A DNA stretch of 64,000 nucleotides from Eledone cirrhosa (GCA_964016885.1 OZ024742.1:224006001-224070000); one strand, 5' to 3'. Counted from the stretch's first letter, positions 14,247 through 29,229 are shown. Numbers and translations: made by a program. Notes: a model not told the origin generated them from the letters alone.

Positions 14247-15112
14247 TAAAATCTGATATTATTGCCTACCTTCCTCAAATCAACATTTCTTTGTCACACA
14301 CATACACTCACACACTTACACACACATATCACACTGCACATACGCACACAGAAGCCTCCATACAATCACATACCACATACACATACCCCCCCCCTACATA
14401 CTCCAATGAAAGAACTATTTCAGTGAAAATTATCCATTTATTTGTTTGATTTTGCTTTCTTATTCAGTCTCTGTAATTCTATACCTCTCACACCCACTCT
14501 CATTCCTATCCACAATTAGGTAGGAGGTAAATATATCCAATTTATTATGTTTAATGGCTGTTGAGTTCAGGGTAAACAGACGCCATTTTGAAATGTCTTG
14601 ACAAAGGAATTTAACGCTGGAAATCTTTATATTTGCCAAAGAGATTTACGGAATTAACTAAAGAGAGGAAATCGGGAGATTAACCAATGAACAATCGGGA
14701 TTTACAGCCTCGTTGTTCTCACCAGTCGTTTTTTCCTAGCTCTCTGCGCTCTGAGTTTTAAATTTCCATTTCATTCTTCAGGGGTCGATAAATAAACTAT
14801 CAGTCAAGCAAAGGAAGTGAATTGGGGTTAACCCCTGCTGCTGTCGTTACTGCTGGTACTATTTTTTTGTCACCTGTGTTGACTGGAGCAACGTGAAATG
14901 AAGCGCCATGCTCAAGGATACACGCACTATTCAGTTCAGGAATCAAACCCACAATCTTCATGATAGTGAATCAAACGCCCCACCTATTAGCTCGCAGCCC
15001 TTCACGTATGGATATTGGTGCATCTTTGTTGTAATTCTGTTTCACTACCGTTTCATTCTTCGTTTTAATTTAAGTACAAGGTCAGTAATCTGAGAGGAGC
15101 CGTCAGTAATAT

Positions 15113-15575
15113 GTGTTTCTACTTTTGGCACAAGGCCAGCAATTGGCCAGTGCATTACTGGTACTTTATTTTATCGACTCCGTAAGGATAAAAGGCAAAG
15201 TTAACCTCGGCGGGATATGAACTCAGAATGGAAAGGGCCGTAACCCTATGCGTCAAAGCATGGTGTCCGACCCTCTACCGATTGATCCCAGTACGTAACT
15301 GGTACTTTATTTTACCTTTATATCCAACAAACTAACGATATTGCCAACCCACCGATACTACTACAAATAATTGTTTCTACTTTTTGTACAAGACCACCAA
15401 TTTGAAGGGAAATGGAAAACGATTAAATCTATCCCAGTGCATTACTGGTATTTTATTTTATCGTTTCCAGAAGGAGGAAAGGCAGAGTTGACCGCGGCGA
15501 GATTTGAACAATGAACGTAGAAAGTCGAAATTAAATGCCGCAAATCATTTTATCCGACGTTTTAACGATATTGTC
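15113..15575 (-). mobile_element. Two or more Nin-domain-like SINE copies
   Basis: Diagnostic tactggtactttattttatcgac...aaggcaaagttaacctcggcgggat core. Confidence 0.8.
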
Positions 15576-15622
15576 AATAAATATTATTGTTGAAATTTGA
15601 CAAAATACATATACTCCATATT

Positions 15623-15729
<107 letters not shown>

Positions 15730-15884
15730 GCACACGCGCGCGCACATGTACATTTATACAGATACGCTTATACAAGTTTCAGACAAATTCGGGCTTAAAC
15801 TAAAGAACACACTCAGATAACGTTCTCAGAAAGAGCCACGGCTAAACAATAATCCAGAAACAGAATTATATATATATATATATA

Positions 15885-16136
15885 ATTGGTGTGGGATGCT
15901 TAAAGCGTCCGTAAGCGGTATGCCGTTGAGCACTCGATGGTCTTAGAGAGCAGAGTATAATATCACATTAGAAACGGAGAATTAGTGGTGCGACGAATAA
16001 GATTTATTAGACATATTACAATCGTTTCTCTGGCGACCAGCTCGAGGCCTGATCGATGCAATGATCAAACCAGAGAAACAATTGTAATATGTCTAATAAA
16101 TCTTATTCGTCGCACCCCTGATTCTCCGTTTCTTAT

Positions 16137-16143
<7 letters not shown>
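15885..16143. mobile_element. (TA)n-flanked element with ~74-bp-arm hairpin carrying an HHR 3' half
   Basis: 15960-16033 is the reverse complement of 16070-16143; GAAAC-aatt-GTA; same family as 54356-54577. Confidence 0.75.
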
Positions 16144-16173
<30 letters not shown>

Positions 16174-16367
16174 TCAAGGGTAAGATATTGTCTAGACAAA
16201 TGTATGCACATTATACGTGTTTGTACGATTATACAGGCGCAATGGTATAAGAAAATCTGGGAGAAAAGTTCTTATGAGATCAATTCTTACCATAGATGCA
16301 TTGCCAAAATAAGATCAGAGAGCTAGTCTAAGACCTTACATGGATGGTAAAATTCCGAGATTTCAAT

Positions 16368-16441
16368 ATTCTATACAGCTGTTTCATGAGTGAAAATAGA
16401 AATGAATGGAGCCATAAGATGAAACAGTCAATCATCAGTAG

Positions 16442-16444
<3 letters not shown>
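16368..16444 (-). ncRNA. Type I hammerhead ribozyme motif (minimal, PLE-type)
   Basis: gttcta-CTGATGA-(46 nt, weak stem II)-GAAAC-agct-GTA-tagaat; 6-bp stem I and palindromic stem III loop. Confidence 0.7.
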
Positions 16445-17477
<1,033 letters not shown>

Positions 17478-17628
17478 ATATATATATACATAAGCATACA
17501 CGCGCACACACACACATATATACACGTATACATACATACATATGTATGTATGTATGTGTATATACATATATATATATCGAAAGTTGAAAGGGCAAGAGCT
17601 CAGCCGTCGGACCCTGACTCTTTCTATA

Positions 17629-17711
<83 letters not shown>

Positions 17712-17715
<4 letters not shown>

Positions 17716-17960
17716 TGTATACGTACATACATATATGTATACAGACGTACAGTAGTATGTATATATACATACATGCACACATATATATATGTACGTATGC
17801 ACACATATATATATGTACGTATGTGCATGTATGTATATATATATACATACTACTGTACGTCTGTATACATATATGTATGTACGTATACACACTTATATTT
17901 AAGTAACAGCCGTACTAAGAGTGAGAAATGAAATTTCGTTTCATTTTTTCCGTTTATATA
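17712..17960. repeat. (TA)n-flanked palindromic element, same family as 53244-54220
   Basis: atacagacgtacagtagtat and its reverse complement; end ccgtactaagagtgagaaatgaaatttcgtttcatt shared with 53930-53975. Confidence 0.75.
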
Positions 17961-17962
17961 TA

Positions 17963-18021
<59 letters not shown>

Positions 18022-18123
18022 AAAAATCAACAAGGAAAAACAATACAATATAATGATGATAAATGTTAGATTAACGCTCGATATACATACATACATATAT
18101 ATATAATACACACACACACATAC

Positions 18124-18210
<87 letters not shown>

Positions 18211-18806
18211 CTTATATACATATGTATGTATATATACATATATGCATACATATATACATATACATGCGCATGCACACATACCTACCTACATACATATACC
18301 GTAGTCATTTTATTTACACATTGGTGCAAACAAAAAAATACGTACGGATCGTCTATACAAATGTGAAACCGCCCACATTCATTCAAACGCAGACGATGTT
18401 CACATGCAGACGTAAATTTATTGTCGTCTGCTACAGCGGGACTAAAAGCTATTGGCTGGTTGGTTACGTTGTGACAATGACGTTTGCTCTTCTGTTTTCC
18501 TATCAAATCTACTCATCACCTCCCGACGAAGCTTTTCTGTGGCTCTTTGTTCAGAGTCTTTTTTTTTTTTCAAGTACAATGTTGAGAGCACACGTCAGAA
18601 ACCTTTCACACACACACACACACACACGCACACCTACCCACACATACCCCCCACACACCCACACGCGCGCACACGCACACACATGCACAGTTATGCAAAC
18701 ACGCGTATATGCACACATCAACGCGTGTATAAGGAAATAAGCATAAATGAAAGTTTTAGTAATTTTATCAGTTTCATGATTAGCTTTATTTCACTAATAC
18801 ACAGTT

Positions 18807-18920
<114 letters not shown>

Positions 18921-19214
18921 TATTCATCTACTTGTCCATACATTTATCTATGTTTATCTACCCCCACCTTCTTTCTTTACCTACCTATCACCTATCCATC
19001 GATCTACTCAATTGTATTACAGTGTTTGATACTAAAATAGAGAAGGGTTTCAACAAACATTGTCATTGTTATCGTGAGAGCTCCAGCAATTAGCCATTGG
19101 CGTCATTTTAATGGATACACTTCTTTCAACAACTTCCTCTATTGGCCGCCACTTATAATGAGGAGAAAGGAAAACAATTTTCGCACGAATCTAGTTCTAA
19201 CTTCAATTTGAAGC

Positions 19215-19810
19215 CAATAAACTTTAGTGACAATATCTTTAAAATAAAGACTGTAGTGATAATAGATTTAAAATAAGGACTTTACTGCCGATAGCTTTAA
19301 AATAAAGGCTTTAGTGCCTGTTCATACCAGCTTTCCTGAAACAGCTCCTGTTGCTACGATGTAAAACTTTGTTTTAAAGTGTTTAAATTTATCTAAAACA
19401 ACAACGTCATAATTGCATGTTATGTTCCACGCACCAACTTAATGAAAAGTTAAATTCTTGATTTAATCGAAAATCATATGCAGCGTTTTTTTTAAAATAT
19501 AGTTTTTAATATATATCTTTAAAATATTGACTATATTTAAAATAAGACTTTAGTGTCAATATCTTTAGAATACAGTCTTTAATTCCAATAATTTCAAAAT
19601 ATAGACTTTAGTGTCAAATGCTTTAAGATAATGACCTGAGTGGTGATATCCTTAAAATAAAGATTTTAATGTCAATATCTTTAAAATAGCAATTTTAGTG
19701 CCAGTAGCTTTAAAATAAAGTATTTTGTTTAAAGCTTTAAAAATAGCAGTAGATAAAATCTTTAGTATCAATATCTTTAAAATGAAGTCGTTAGTGCTAA
19801 TAGCTTTAAA
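19215..19810. repeat. Degenerate ~30-bp tandem repeat (ctttaaaataaagactttagtgtcaatat)
   Basis: Recurring ctttaaaata...tttagtg motif at about 30-bp spacing, interrupted at ~19320-19500. Confidence 0.65.
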
Positions 19811-20629
19811 AACTTCTCACCATAATTTCATATAACAACATTTGTTACGTTATACTCCAAGCACCAACTTAATAATGAGAAAGTTAGCTACATCGCCAAA
19901 TCCCTCCTAATTCTTAACTGTTTTAAAAACTAATTGAAGATCATAAGCAGTGGTTTTCATTAGAATATGGTAGCGAAATAATTAGAATAAAGATTTTAGT
20001 CCCAAGAGATTTAAGATACAGTGATAATATCTTTAAAATAAAATGATGAAGACGATGATGTTGATGTTTTTCATTGCAGGCACGGGGGCCTAGTAGTTTA
20101 GGTGTTGGACTCACGATCATAAGGTCGTAGGTTCGACTCCTGGACTGGGTTGTGTGGTATGTTTTTGATGCTTCATTTCACATGACCTCTATTGATGGAA
20201 CTTGGGGACTCTATCATTAAACGACCCAAGAGGTGCAACCTCGTAGGAAGCCGGTTAAACCTACAGAGATATTAGCTGTAAATTTACTTCTTTCCCTTTC
20301 ATTCTAATAAAAAATGCTTTCATTCTAATAGGTTTAAAACTTTCGCGATAAGTGTCAGACCAATTACACCAACAGACCCAACCTTCTAATAGCTTTAAAA
20401 TAAAAATCTTTTTGTTTTATACAGTTTTGTCATGAGGAAAATTGACAGAACCGTCAGGAATGCCTCGGTGTTTGCTCCACGTCACTGCACTCTGAGTTCA
20501 ATTCCTGCCGAGGTCAACTTTGTTTTTCATCCTTTTGGGGTCCATAAATAAAGTACACGTCAATTGGCGGAATTGTTAAAGAGTCGGACGGGATGCTTTG
20601 CAGTCTCTGATCCGGCTCTGAACCTTTCT

Positions 20630-21075
20630 GATGACCACAAACTGACGCTGACAAAGTACTGGCAGCTCTCCGACAGGCTTCTCGTCAAGCCCATAGATGC
20701 AGGAAAATCTAATATGCTGGGTCCTCGAACCACCTCTCCATTTATAGTGATCGGGATAGAGATAGCCATCCACAAAAATGGGCTCGGCGAGCTGGACTGA
20801 TTCTTTCAGCACAACTCCCTCTCATCTTCCGGAGCAGCAGCTCTGCAATTCTCGCCATTAATACCTTCTTCTAGTCGGTTTCATAACAGGTTGATGGTTC
20901 TTCTGGGTGGGTTGTTGACCCTCTGCAGAATAGTCGGATAATGGGGCTGCCATCTTGGCGGCGAGCCGACATGGCGTGGTCTGGAACCTTCCCAAGAGAC
21001 CGGCCCGTCTAAGGTGGGTTTTACGGAACAGGCAAGACAACTCGCCACGACAAGGCCGGACCACGGAACTATAAT
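20630..21075 (-). other. GC-rich island: decayed CRE-like RT fragment, or promoter/first exon
   Basis: GC/CpG-rich in AT-rich context; CAAGATGGC YY1-like site overlapping an MAAP start; frameshifted peptides GSRPRHV, PIF, IPITINGEVVRGP and GLTRSL weakly resemble the CRE RT N-terminal motifs. Confidence 0.3.
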
Positions 21076-21226
21076 AAAATAGAATCAATTGATAAAATAA
21101 TTAATCTTATCTTCCTTCTTTATTTAGAATGGAGGTAAAAGGATTGTTGGGGTCGCGGATGTAAACGCTCATTTCTGGGCTTGGACCTTTCACATAACCG
21201 ATTCAGAGAGACAGATAAGATAGATA

Positions 21227-21437
<211 letters not shown>

Positions 21438-21730
21438 GTAGAAATTGACCTAGTACTCGACTGGTAATTTATTTATCGACCCCCAAATGGATGAACAGTA
21501 AAGTTGACCTCAGCAAGACTTTAACACGGAGCTCTGAGAATCGGCTCGAATACGGCAGATAATTCTATTTGACGCCACGGTGGCTGTAACAGTTCGCCGC
21601 CTTTCATAATTTAATGGTTTTAAAACGTTTCAACACTAACAATGTCTGTATGGACCCATAACATCTGATGGAAACATAGGAGCGCCAGAGTAACACACCG
21701 AATACAGCCAATTTCTTCCATAGATGGAGA

Positions 21731-21783
<53 letters not shown>

Positions 21784-21823
21784 GATATTAAATAAATGGA
21801 AACTATATTTATAAAACCATATT

Positions 21824-21888
21824 TATTTCATTATACATATTTCAGGGATACCAAATTAAAATATGGTATGCCTTCATCAGACAAAATA
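21824..21888 (-). ncRNA. Type I hammerhead ribozyme motif (left-arm copy)
   Basis: Reverse complement of 23539-23603. Confidence 0.8.
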
Positions 21889-23538
21889 CAATATATAAAC
21901 AGTTTTATAAATAATTTTGACGTACCCTATTAGATGCGACCATTATTTTTGGAAGCTGTCTGGATAGTGAGATGTTTATAATTATTTTATTAGTTATAGT
22001 GTTAAGCACAGTTAGAAAAAAGACGGAGAGAAAGAAAAAGGAAAAAAAAACAAAAAAAAAACGGAGAGAGAGAAGGAGAGAGAAAAAGAAATGTATGCAG
22101 AAAAGAAAAGAAAGATATATATAAATAGATAGGAGGAAATGAAAAAGAAAGAAAAAAGAAATAAATAAGAAAGACAAAAGAAAGCAACAGAGAGATAATA
22201 ATTCATCATACAGATAGAGAAACTCAATAGAGAGGAAGTACTATATAGAGAGAGGAGGATATAGTGACAACTTTACGTCATGTCATATTAAGTTGAATTA
22301 ACAATTCATATGAAATGAATAATAAAAATGTAAATATCAATATTCATGAATGAGACATAGATATATAATATGAGAAAATAACATTATTCAATAATGACCA
22401 TATGTTTAGTTTAAAACCTTGAGGTCAATATACCAAAATCTGAGTTAAAACCTTCAAAAAATACCCTATTTATAAAAATACGGATACACATATGTATATA
22501 TATATACACGCATATGTACGTCCTGAAAAAAGAGAAAATTATGTCTACTCCAGTCAATAATATAGACATACAAATGATTTCACTTGATCACTTCTATACA
22601 TTTCTTGTGTTATAAAAATTTCACAGTATATATACATAAAAATACGATTAATATTCATGTCCTCATATATATGATTACCGTTCATGTATTTAATATTATG
22701 CATATCTGCAACACACATCAACATATACACACACAACCATACATACACATACATAATCATATATATGAGGACATGAATATTAATCGTATTTTTATGTATA
22801 TATACTGTGAAATTTTTATAACACAAGAAATGTATAGAAGTGATCAAGTGAAATCATTTGTATGTCTATATTATTGACTGGAGTAGACATAATTTTCTCT
22901 TTTTTCAGGACGTACATATGCGTGTATATATATATACATATGTGTATCCGTATTTTTATAAATAGGGTATTTTTTGAAGGTTTTAACTCAGATTTTGGTA
23001 TATTGACCTCAAGGTTTTAAACTAAACATATGGTCATTATTGAATAATGTTATTTTCTCATATTATATATCTATGTCTCATTCATGAATATTGTTATTTA
23101 CATTTTTATTATTCATTTCATATGAATTGTTAATTCAACTTAATATGACATGACGTAAAGTTGTCACTATATCCTCCTCTCTCTATATAGTACTTCCTCT
23201 CTATTGAGTTTCTCTATCTGTATGATGAATTATTATCTCTCTGTTGCTTTCTTTTGTCTTTCTTATTTATTTCTTTTTTCTTTCTTTTTCATTTCCTCCT
23301 ATCTATTTATATATATCTTTCTTTTCTTTTCTGCATACATTTCTTTTTCTCTCTCCTTCTCTCTCTCCGTTTTTTTTGTTTTTTTCCTTTTTCTTTCTCT
23401 CCGTCTTTTTTCTAACTGTGCTTAACACTATAACTAATAAAATAATTATAAACATCTCACTATCCAGACAGCTTCCAAAAATAATGGTCGCATCTAATAG
23501 GGTACGTCAAAATTATTTATAAAACTGTTTATATATTG

Positions 23539-23603
23539 TATTTTGTCTGATGAAGGCATACCATATTTTAATTTGGTATCCCTGAAATATGTATAATGAA
23601 ATA
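23539..23603 (+). ncRNA. Type I hammerhead ribozyme motif
   Basis: tattttgt-CTGATGA-aggcatacca/tggtatccct-GAAAT-atgt-ATA-atgaaata; 8-bp stem I with 2 GU pairs; predicted cleavage after 23595. Confidence 0.8.
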
Positions 23604-23717
23604 AATATGGTTTCCATTTATTTAATATCGTATATCTACTCCAAAAACTTGTCGAGTGCTTTATATCAGTTATAAAATATTTACTTGTTGTATCCCAACA
23701 ATTTTAAATAGAACTTT

Positions 23718-23782
<65 letters not shown>

Positions 23783-23976
23783 TGAGTATATGTTGGTTGT
23801 TTACCGACACCCCAGTGTGCAGATTGGAGCACTCGATGAAGTACGCAGGTTGGTTTGGTTACTCCGGAATAATGTAAAATAATTAAGTCAAATATTTAAA
23901 ATTTGGCTTCGTTTATTAAAGCCAAATTTTAAATATTTGACTTAATTATTTTATATATACATATATACATATATAT

Positions 23977-24055
<79 letters not shown>

Positions 24056-24089
24056 AGGAGAGAGAGAGAGAGAGAGAGAGAAGAAACGG

Positions 24090-24403
24090 CAACATTACTG
24101 GATTGGTACGTTATTTTATCGATCCCGTAAGGATGAAAGGCAAAGTTAACCTCGGCGGGATTTGAACTCAGAACGTAAAGGGCTGCAACAACAGAGCCTT
24201 TTATCTGACTCACAGGGCAGTGGTTTGCCAGTATCGGTAGAGCGTCAGGCACCATGCTTTGCAGCATAGAGTTATGTCCCTTCACGTTCTGAGTTCAAAT
24301 CCGCCGAGGTTAACTTTGCCTTTCATCCTTACGGGGTCGATCAAATAAAGCACCAGTAATGCACTGGGGGTAATCGCTGGCCTTGTGCCAAAAGTAGAAA
24401 CTA
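24090..24403. mobile_element. Head-to-head pair of Nin-like SINEs
   Basis: Minus-strand partial copy 24090-24185 and plus-strand full copy 24215-24403 with A box, GTTCAAATC B box and gtagaaac tail. Confidence 0.85.
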
Positions 24404-24870
24404 TTTTATCTGACTCACTAACGATTCTGTCAATGCAACGCTGCAACGCTTTCGCCTTACCTAATTTAATGATTGGCTGTTTAAAACGTTTCATTACTAC
24501 AGTAAGTGAAACAGCCCGAACCGTTGTTGACCTTTTTCATCCTGTACACGTGACTGTTCTCACCCTGCCCTGTTCGTTAGTTACTGGGAGACACGGACGT
24601 CAAAGAAAACACAAGTCAGATTATAGCGTTCTGTTCTGAATACAATATACGGTTTAAAGGTACATGTGATGTGAACGTCGCCTGTCTGCTTCTGAATGTG
24701 TATGACTTTATATTTGTTGCCGATGCATATTTTGGTTTGGGAACTGTGTAAATATATGATTGCTATGTATGTATGTATGTATGTATGTATGTATGTATGT
24801 ATGTATGTATGTATGTATGTATGTATGTATGTATGTATGTATGTATGGTCGCGCGCACACACACACATGA

Positions 24871-24935
<65 letters not shown>

Positions 24936-25164
24936 TATATATGCATATATACACATACATACATAATACATACATACATGATGTCTGCCCCCTCGTTATC
25001 GAGTATGGCCATTGCACGATATAACATTATTAATAATTATTAATCAATTCTATCGTGCAATGGCTGTGCGTGAAGACTTTTTTAAAGTGATGAAAGACTG
25101 TGCACTGAGCAAATCCCACTCTCTGAGCGACAGTAGCTATAACCCGAAAAGAAGAAAAGATCAA

Positions 25165-25513
25165 CATCATGGGTAACTACTGAGCCGCAGGTTTTATATC
25201 GGAGTTATCCCAGTTTCCTGAGTTGCCTCCTCCTAGAAGAATGCCCTGACAAAGGCTAGAGGTCCTTCACTCCCATTGGTTTAACCGCGCGGTACATGTG
25301 TATATACATATTTACACACTTTCGGATGGCCGTTGACTCTTATGAGTTCTTCCGCCCTTTGTCAGGTTTTATTTTTTGTCCTGCAGGGAGTCCAAAAGCA
25401 CCCTCCTCACCCAGTAAACTTGGTGGGATGCCGGTTTAGTCGCCGACGACCCAACCATGCGACAGGTTGTTCTGGGTTACATGTTACCAGTAGCACTCAA
25501 AAGTGACCCGACA
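25165..25513 (-). mobile_element. Probable RTE LINE 5' region fragment (copy 1)
   Basis: Clearly homologous to 25865-26140; RTE 5'UTR assignment is from recollection of octopus repeats, not from a search. Confidence 0.5.
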
Positions 25514-25524
25514 TGCATAAATAC

Positions 25525-25802
25525 ATACATGGTGGCTGCCAACTCGTTTTCGAGTACGGCCACTACTTTATATCCATGTAGGAGAACCCCTACCGAAGCG
25601 CTGAACGAGTGTGACTTTTTAGTCCAGCCAGCGACTTGAAAACTCTGGTACAAACACTACACTTGTGATAATTATTGACACATAGTGCTGGCCCCATGGT
25701 ACCATGTGACGACAAGTGCAGAGAGATCTCCAGATATAAAGCAATGCCTGTGCCGTGAAGCTTTTATAGTGAGCAAAGGCACTGCACAAAGCCAGTCCCA
25801 CT
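25525..25802. repeat. ~277-bp dispersed repeat (copy 2)
   Basis: Near-identical to 6020-6297. Confidence 0.85.
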
Positions 25803-25864
25803 CTCTTAACCAAGATGATATTTACCAAAAAGAAGAACAAGTCAACATCATTGGATACCATTAG

Positions 25865-26140
25865 AGTTGCAGGTGTTATATCAGAGTTTTCCTTCTCCTA
25901 GAATTTTGCCTTGACAAAGGCTAAGGGGTCATCTTTCCCGGTGATTTTGGATGGCCATTGACTCTTAAGAGCTCCTTTGCCCTTTGACAGGTTTTGTTTT
26001 TAGTCCTGCAGGATGTCCAAAGTCACCCTCCTCATCAAGAAACCTTGGTGGGGTTGCCAGTTTAGTCGCTAACGACCCGACCATGAGACAGGTTGTACTG
26101 GGATACATGTTACCAGTAGCACCAACTGGTGACCTGACAT
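25865..26140 (-). mobile_element. Probable RTE LINE 5' region fragment (copy 2)
   Basis: Shares gacaaaggcta, ggatggcc-ttgactctta and acatgttaccagtagcac with 25165-25513. Confidence 0.5.
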
Positions 26141-26464
26141 AAAAATACATACATACATACATACTACAACTCAAAACATACACATCCACACATACAATAA
26201 CATCCATATCTACACATGCATGCATACATACATATCTACCTAGTTGATGTTGTGTAAATTCCAATGAGAGAGTCTTGTGTCTTTGTTAGAAACCACTCTC
26301 CCTCTATTGGCAAAACTTTGTGAAATTATAAAACCAGAAGAATATGCATACATATATACATACATACATATATACATGTATGGTGGTGCTATTAAATTAG
26401 ACATGGCCTGGGCCAATACTAGCGGCAACCTATCAAAGTTATCAAAGTTATACACACACACACA

Positions 26465-26531
<67 letters not shown>

Positions 26532-26631
26532 AGTAACATATATATACATACAAATGCATATCGATGCTAGCAAATATATAGGTTTTGTCTTAATAACATT
26601 GTGGTTCAATGCATGGGGTTGCAGAACAATA

Positions 26632-26831
26632 ATATAAGAGACGTAAGATAAGAAAATTATAAAATTAACTTACTTACTAAAATATCACTTCCAACTAATT
26701 AGTTTCTGGAATGGAGTAGATACACCTTCTTCGGAAGATGTATCTACTCCATTCCAGAAACTAATTAGTTGGAAGTGATATTTTAGTAAGTAAGTTAATT
26801 TTATAATTTTCTTATCTTACGTCTCTTATAT
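26632..26831. repeat. 200-bp near-perfect palindrome containing a truncated HHR-like core
   Basis: Arms pair to a C(TTCG)G apex at 26729-26734 with one mismatch; minus strand has CCGAAGA...GAAAC-taatta-GTT. Confidence 0.9.
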
Positions 26832-26843
26832 ATATATATTTAT

Positions 26844-26884
<41 letters not shown>

Positions 26885-28130
26885 CTAGCTGAGTAGCAAA
26901 TCGTTGCCGGGCTATAATCACAATAGTATGCCTTTATTTCAATTTCTTTTATTCCATGTCAGACCATGTCTCTCTCGAAGAGTGAACCCCTCGATGAGGA
27001 TGGGTTTCTTTATTAATTCGGCCAGTTTATAATGTTTGTATAAATAATTGTTTCTACTTTAGGCACAAGGCCAGCAATAACCCAGTGCATTACTGGTACT
27101 TTATTTTATCGACCCCGTAAGGATGAAAGGCAAAGTCAACCTCGGCGGGATTTGAACTCAGATCGTAAAGGGACGTAACTAAGCTGGAAAGCATGGCGTC
27201 TGACGCTCTACCGATACTGCCAATCCACCGCCATTGTATAATGTTTGTATAAATAATGTTTGTTGTTTTTCCATCTGATGCATAGATCTGATCTAAAGAT
27301 TTTTTTGACTTTCTACTCTTGATCATCCAACCTAAAGCTGACCATAAGTGAAACAGGGCTCTTTAACGTGTAATCCGGCAACCGAAAATGTTTGTCCTTG
27401 TGATTTGTTAACGGTCACTGGAAATTGAAGTCGTTTGAATTGAAATGGGACATCAGTGGTAATAAGAGGAATTCTTAGAACGAACACATCCTCTCCCCTA
27501 CCACGTCCTGTTGAAATGGTGACTTGAATCACATGTGGATACATATTTTTCACAAACAATAGAGAGTCGTTACGTAGCCTTGGTGGGTCCAAATTCCTCA
27601 ATAACAGTGAAGGACATGTGGAGGCATTCCTGGCGGTTCTAAAGAGGTTCTGTCGAGTAATTGACAGCTTCTGACTGTTCCACTAGTATGTCGACAGATC
27701 GATAGAGCTTCGAAACCTCTGGAATTCTTTTTAACTGCTCTTGATTTACCAATTTCACAGTCACATTTTTTTTTCTGGGCCGATACAGTCCTTTCACTGA
27801 GTCACTTGTGACTAGCAAACTGATATTCAAGATTATGGAACACTTTTTCTGAGATGGAATAATGATTCCACCATCGTACCTATGGGACTTATATCAATAG
27901 CTCCCTTGCTATCTACAGGAATACTTACGTCCCCATGTATTAATGAATTCTGGGAAAACTGCTCTGATTGTTCATCTCCACCAATATATGCCCTCATGTT
28001 TATAGCGAGGTGCAAAGTGTCAATTTTTTTTTCAAACATGCTCGGATTTGATCAATCCTATTGCCGTTTGGAATGACTGTGAGAGTTTGTCACACTGATT
28101 CTCCTTGGGACACCTTTTAGGTGTCTCTGT
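26885..28130 (-). mobile_element. Decayed Helitron 3' part: PIF1-family helicase pseudogene and CTAG terminus
   Basis: RNLDPPRL..GEDVF..RIPLI.TDVPFQFKRLQFPV.VNKSQGQT...PCF.YGQL are PIF1 helicase C-terminal motifs; LAINMR upstream; minus strand ends cccggcaacg...cagCTAG|T at 26885. Confidence 0.9.
27049..27232 (-). mobile_element. Full-length Nin-like tRNA SINE with 21-bp TSD, inserted in the Helitron
   Basis: A box TGGCAGTATCGG, B box GAGTTCAAATC; tataatgtttgtataaataat at 27028-27048 and 27237-27257. Confidence 0.92.
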
Positions 28131-28214
28131 CGGTGGGATGGTCAGACACTGCAGGCTGTTCTATTGGCCGAATAATTATAGCAAGCTTCAACACCTACGA
28201 AAGTCTAGCAGCAA

Positions 28215-28421
28215 ATGTTGTGTTTGTTGTTGCAGTGGTGTTAGTATTGATGCAGTTGTTGTTGTGGTTGTTACTATTAGTAACCTGGTAGTTGTTGTTG
28301 TTGTGGTTGTTGTTGTTTGTGTAGTTGTTGTTGGTGTTGTTGTTATTGCTATTGCAGTTGGTTTTGTTGTTGACGTTGCTGTTACTGTTATTGGTATTGT
28401 AGTTGTTGTTGGTGTTGTTTC

Positions 28422-28455
<34 letters not shown>

Positions 28456-28780
28456 GCTTGTTGTTGTTGTTGTTGTTGCTGCTGTTGCACCTGTTGTTGT
28501 TGTTGTTGGTATTGTTGTACTTGATATTGTTGTTGTTGGTGTTGTTGTACTTGGTGTTGCTGTTGTTGGTGTTGTTGTACTTGGTGTTGTTGTACTTGGT
28601 GTTGTTGTACTTGGTGTTGCTGCTGTTGCTACTGTTGTTGTTGTTGTTTTGTTACCGCTGGTGCACCTGTTGTTATTGTTGTTGTTATAGTTGTCACTAT
28701 AGATTTGTTGTTGTTGCTGCTACTATTGTTGTTGTTGTTGTTGTTCCTGTTGTTGTTGTTGTTGTTGTTCCTGCTGCTGC

Positions 28781-28844
<64 letters not shown>

Positions 28845-29039
28845 CCTGCTGTTGTTGTTGTTGTTGTTGTTACTGTATAAGGCAGCAACAGGCGTGGCTA
28901 AACGGTTAAGAAGTTCGCTTCGGAATCATGAAGTGACGGGTACAATTCCACTATATCGCAGCTTGGGCAAGTGTCGTTACCATAGCATCCACCACCACCA
29001 CCACCACCACCACTACTACTACTACTACTACCATCACCT

Positions 29040-29097
<58 letters not shown>

Positions 29098-29229
29098 CGC
29101 TACTACTACTACTACTATTATTACTACTACTACTACTACTACTACTACTACCGCCACTACTACTACTACCATCACCTCTACTACTACCATCACCTCTACT
29201 ACTACTACCGCTACTACTACTACTACAAT

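Larger units (their letters stand above)
21781..23632. mobile_element. 1.85-kb fold-back element with ~0.9-kb near-perfect arms, each with a hammerhead near its outer end
   Basis: 21781-22677 is the reverse complement of 22754-23632; 76-nt loop; left end abuts (TA)n; mirror ORFs in the track confirm the symmetry. Confidence 0.95.

Noticed and set aside
22554-22877. Mirror-image 97-aa ORFs on both strands
   Set aside because: By-product of the inverted repeat; AT-rich and no recognisable protein
27160-27232. tRNA genes
   Set aside because: A/B boxes belong to SINE heads with extended spacing and attached SINE bodies; no cloverleaf
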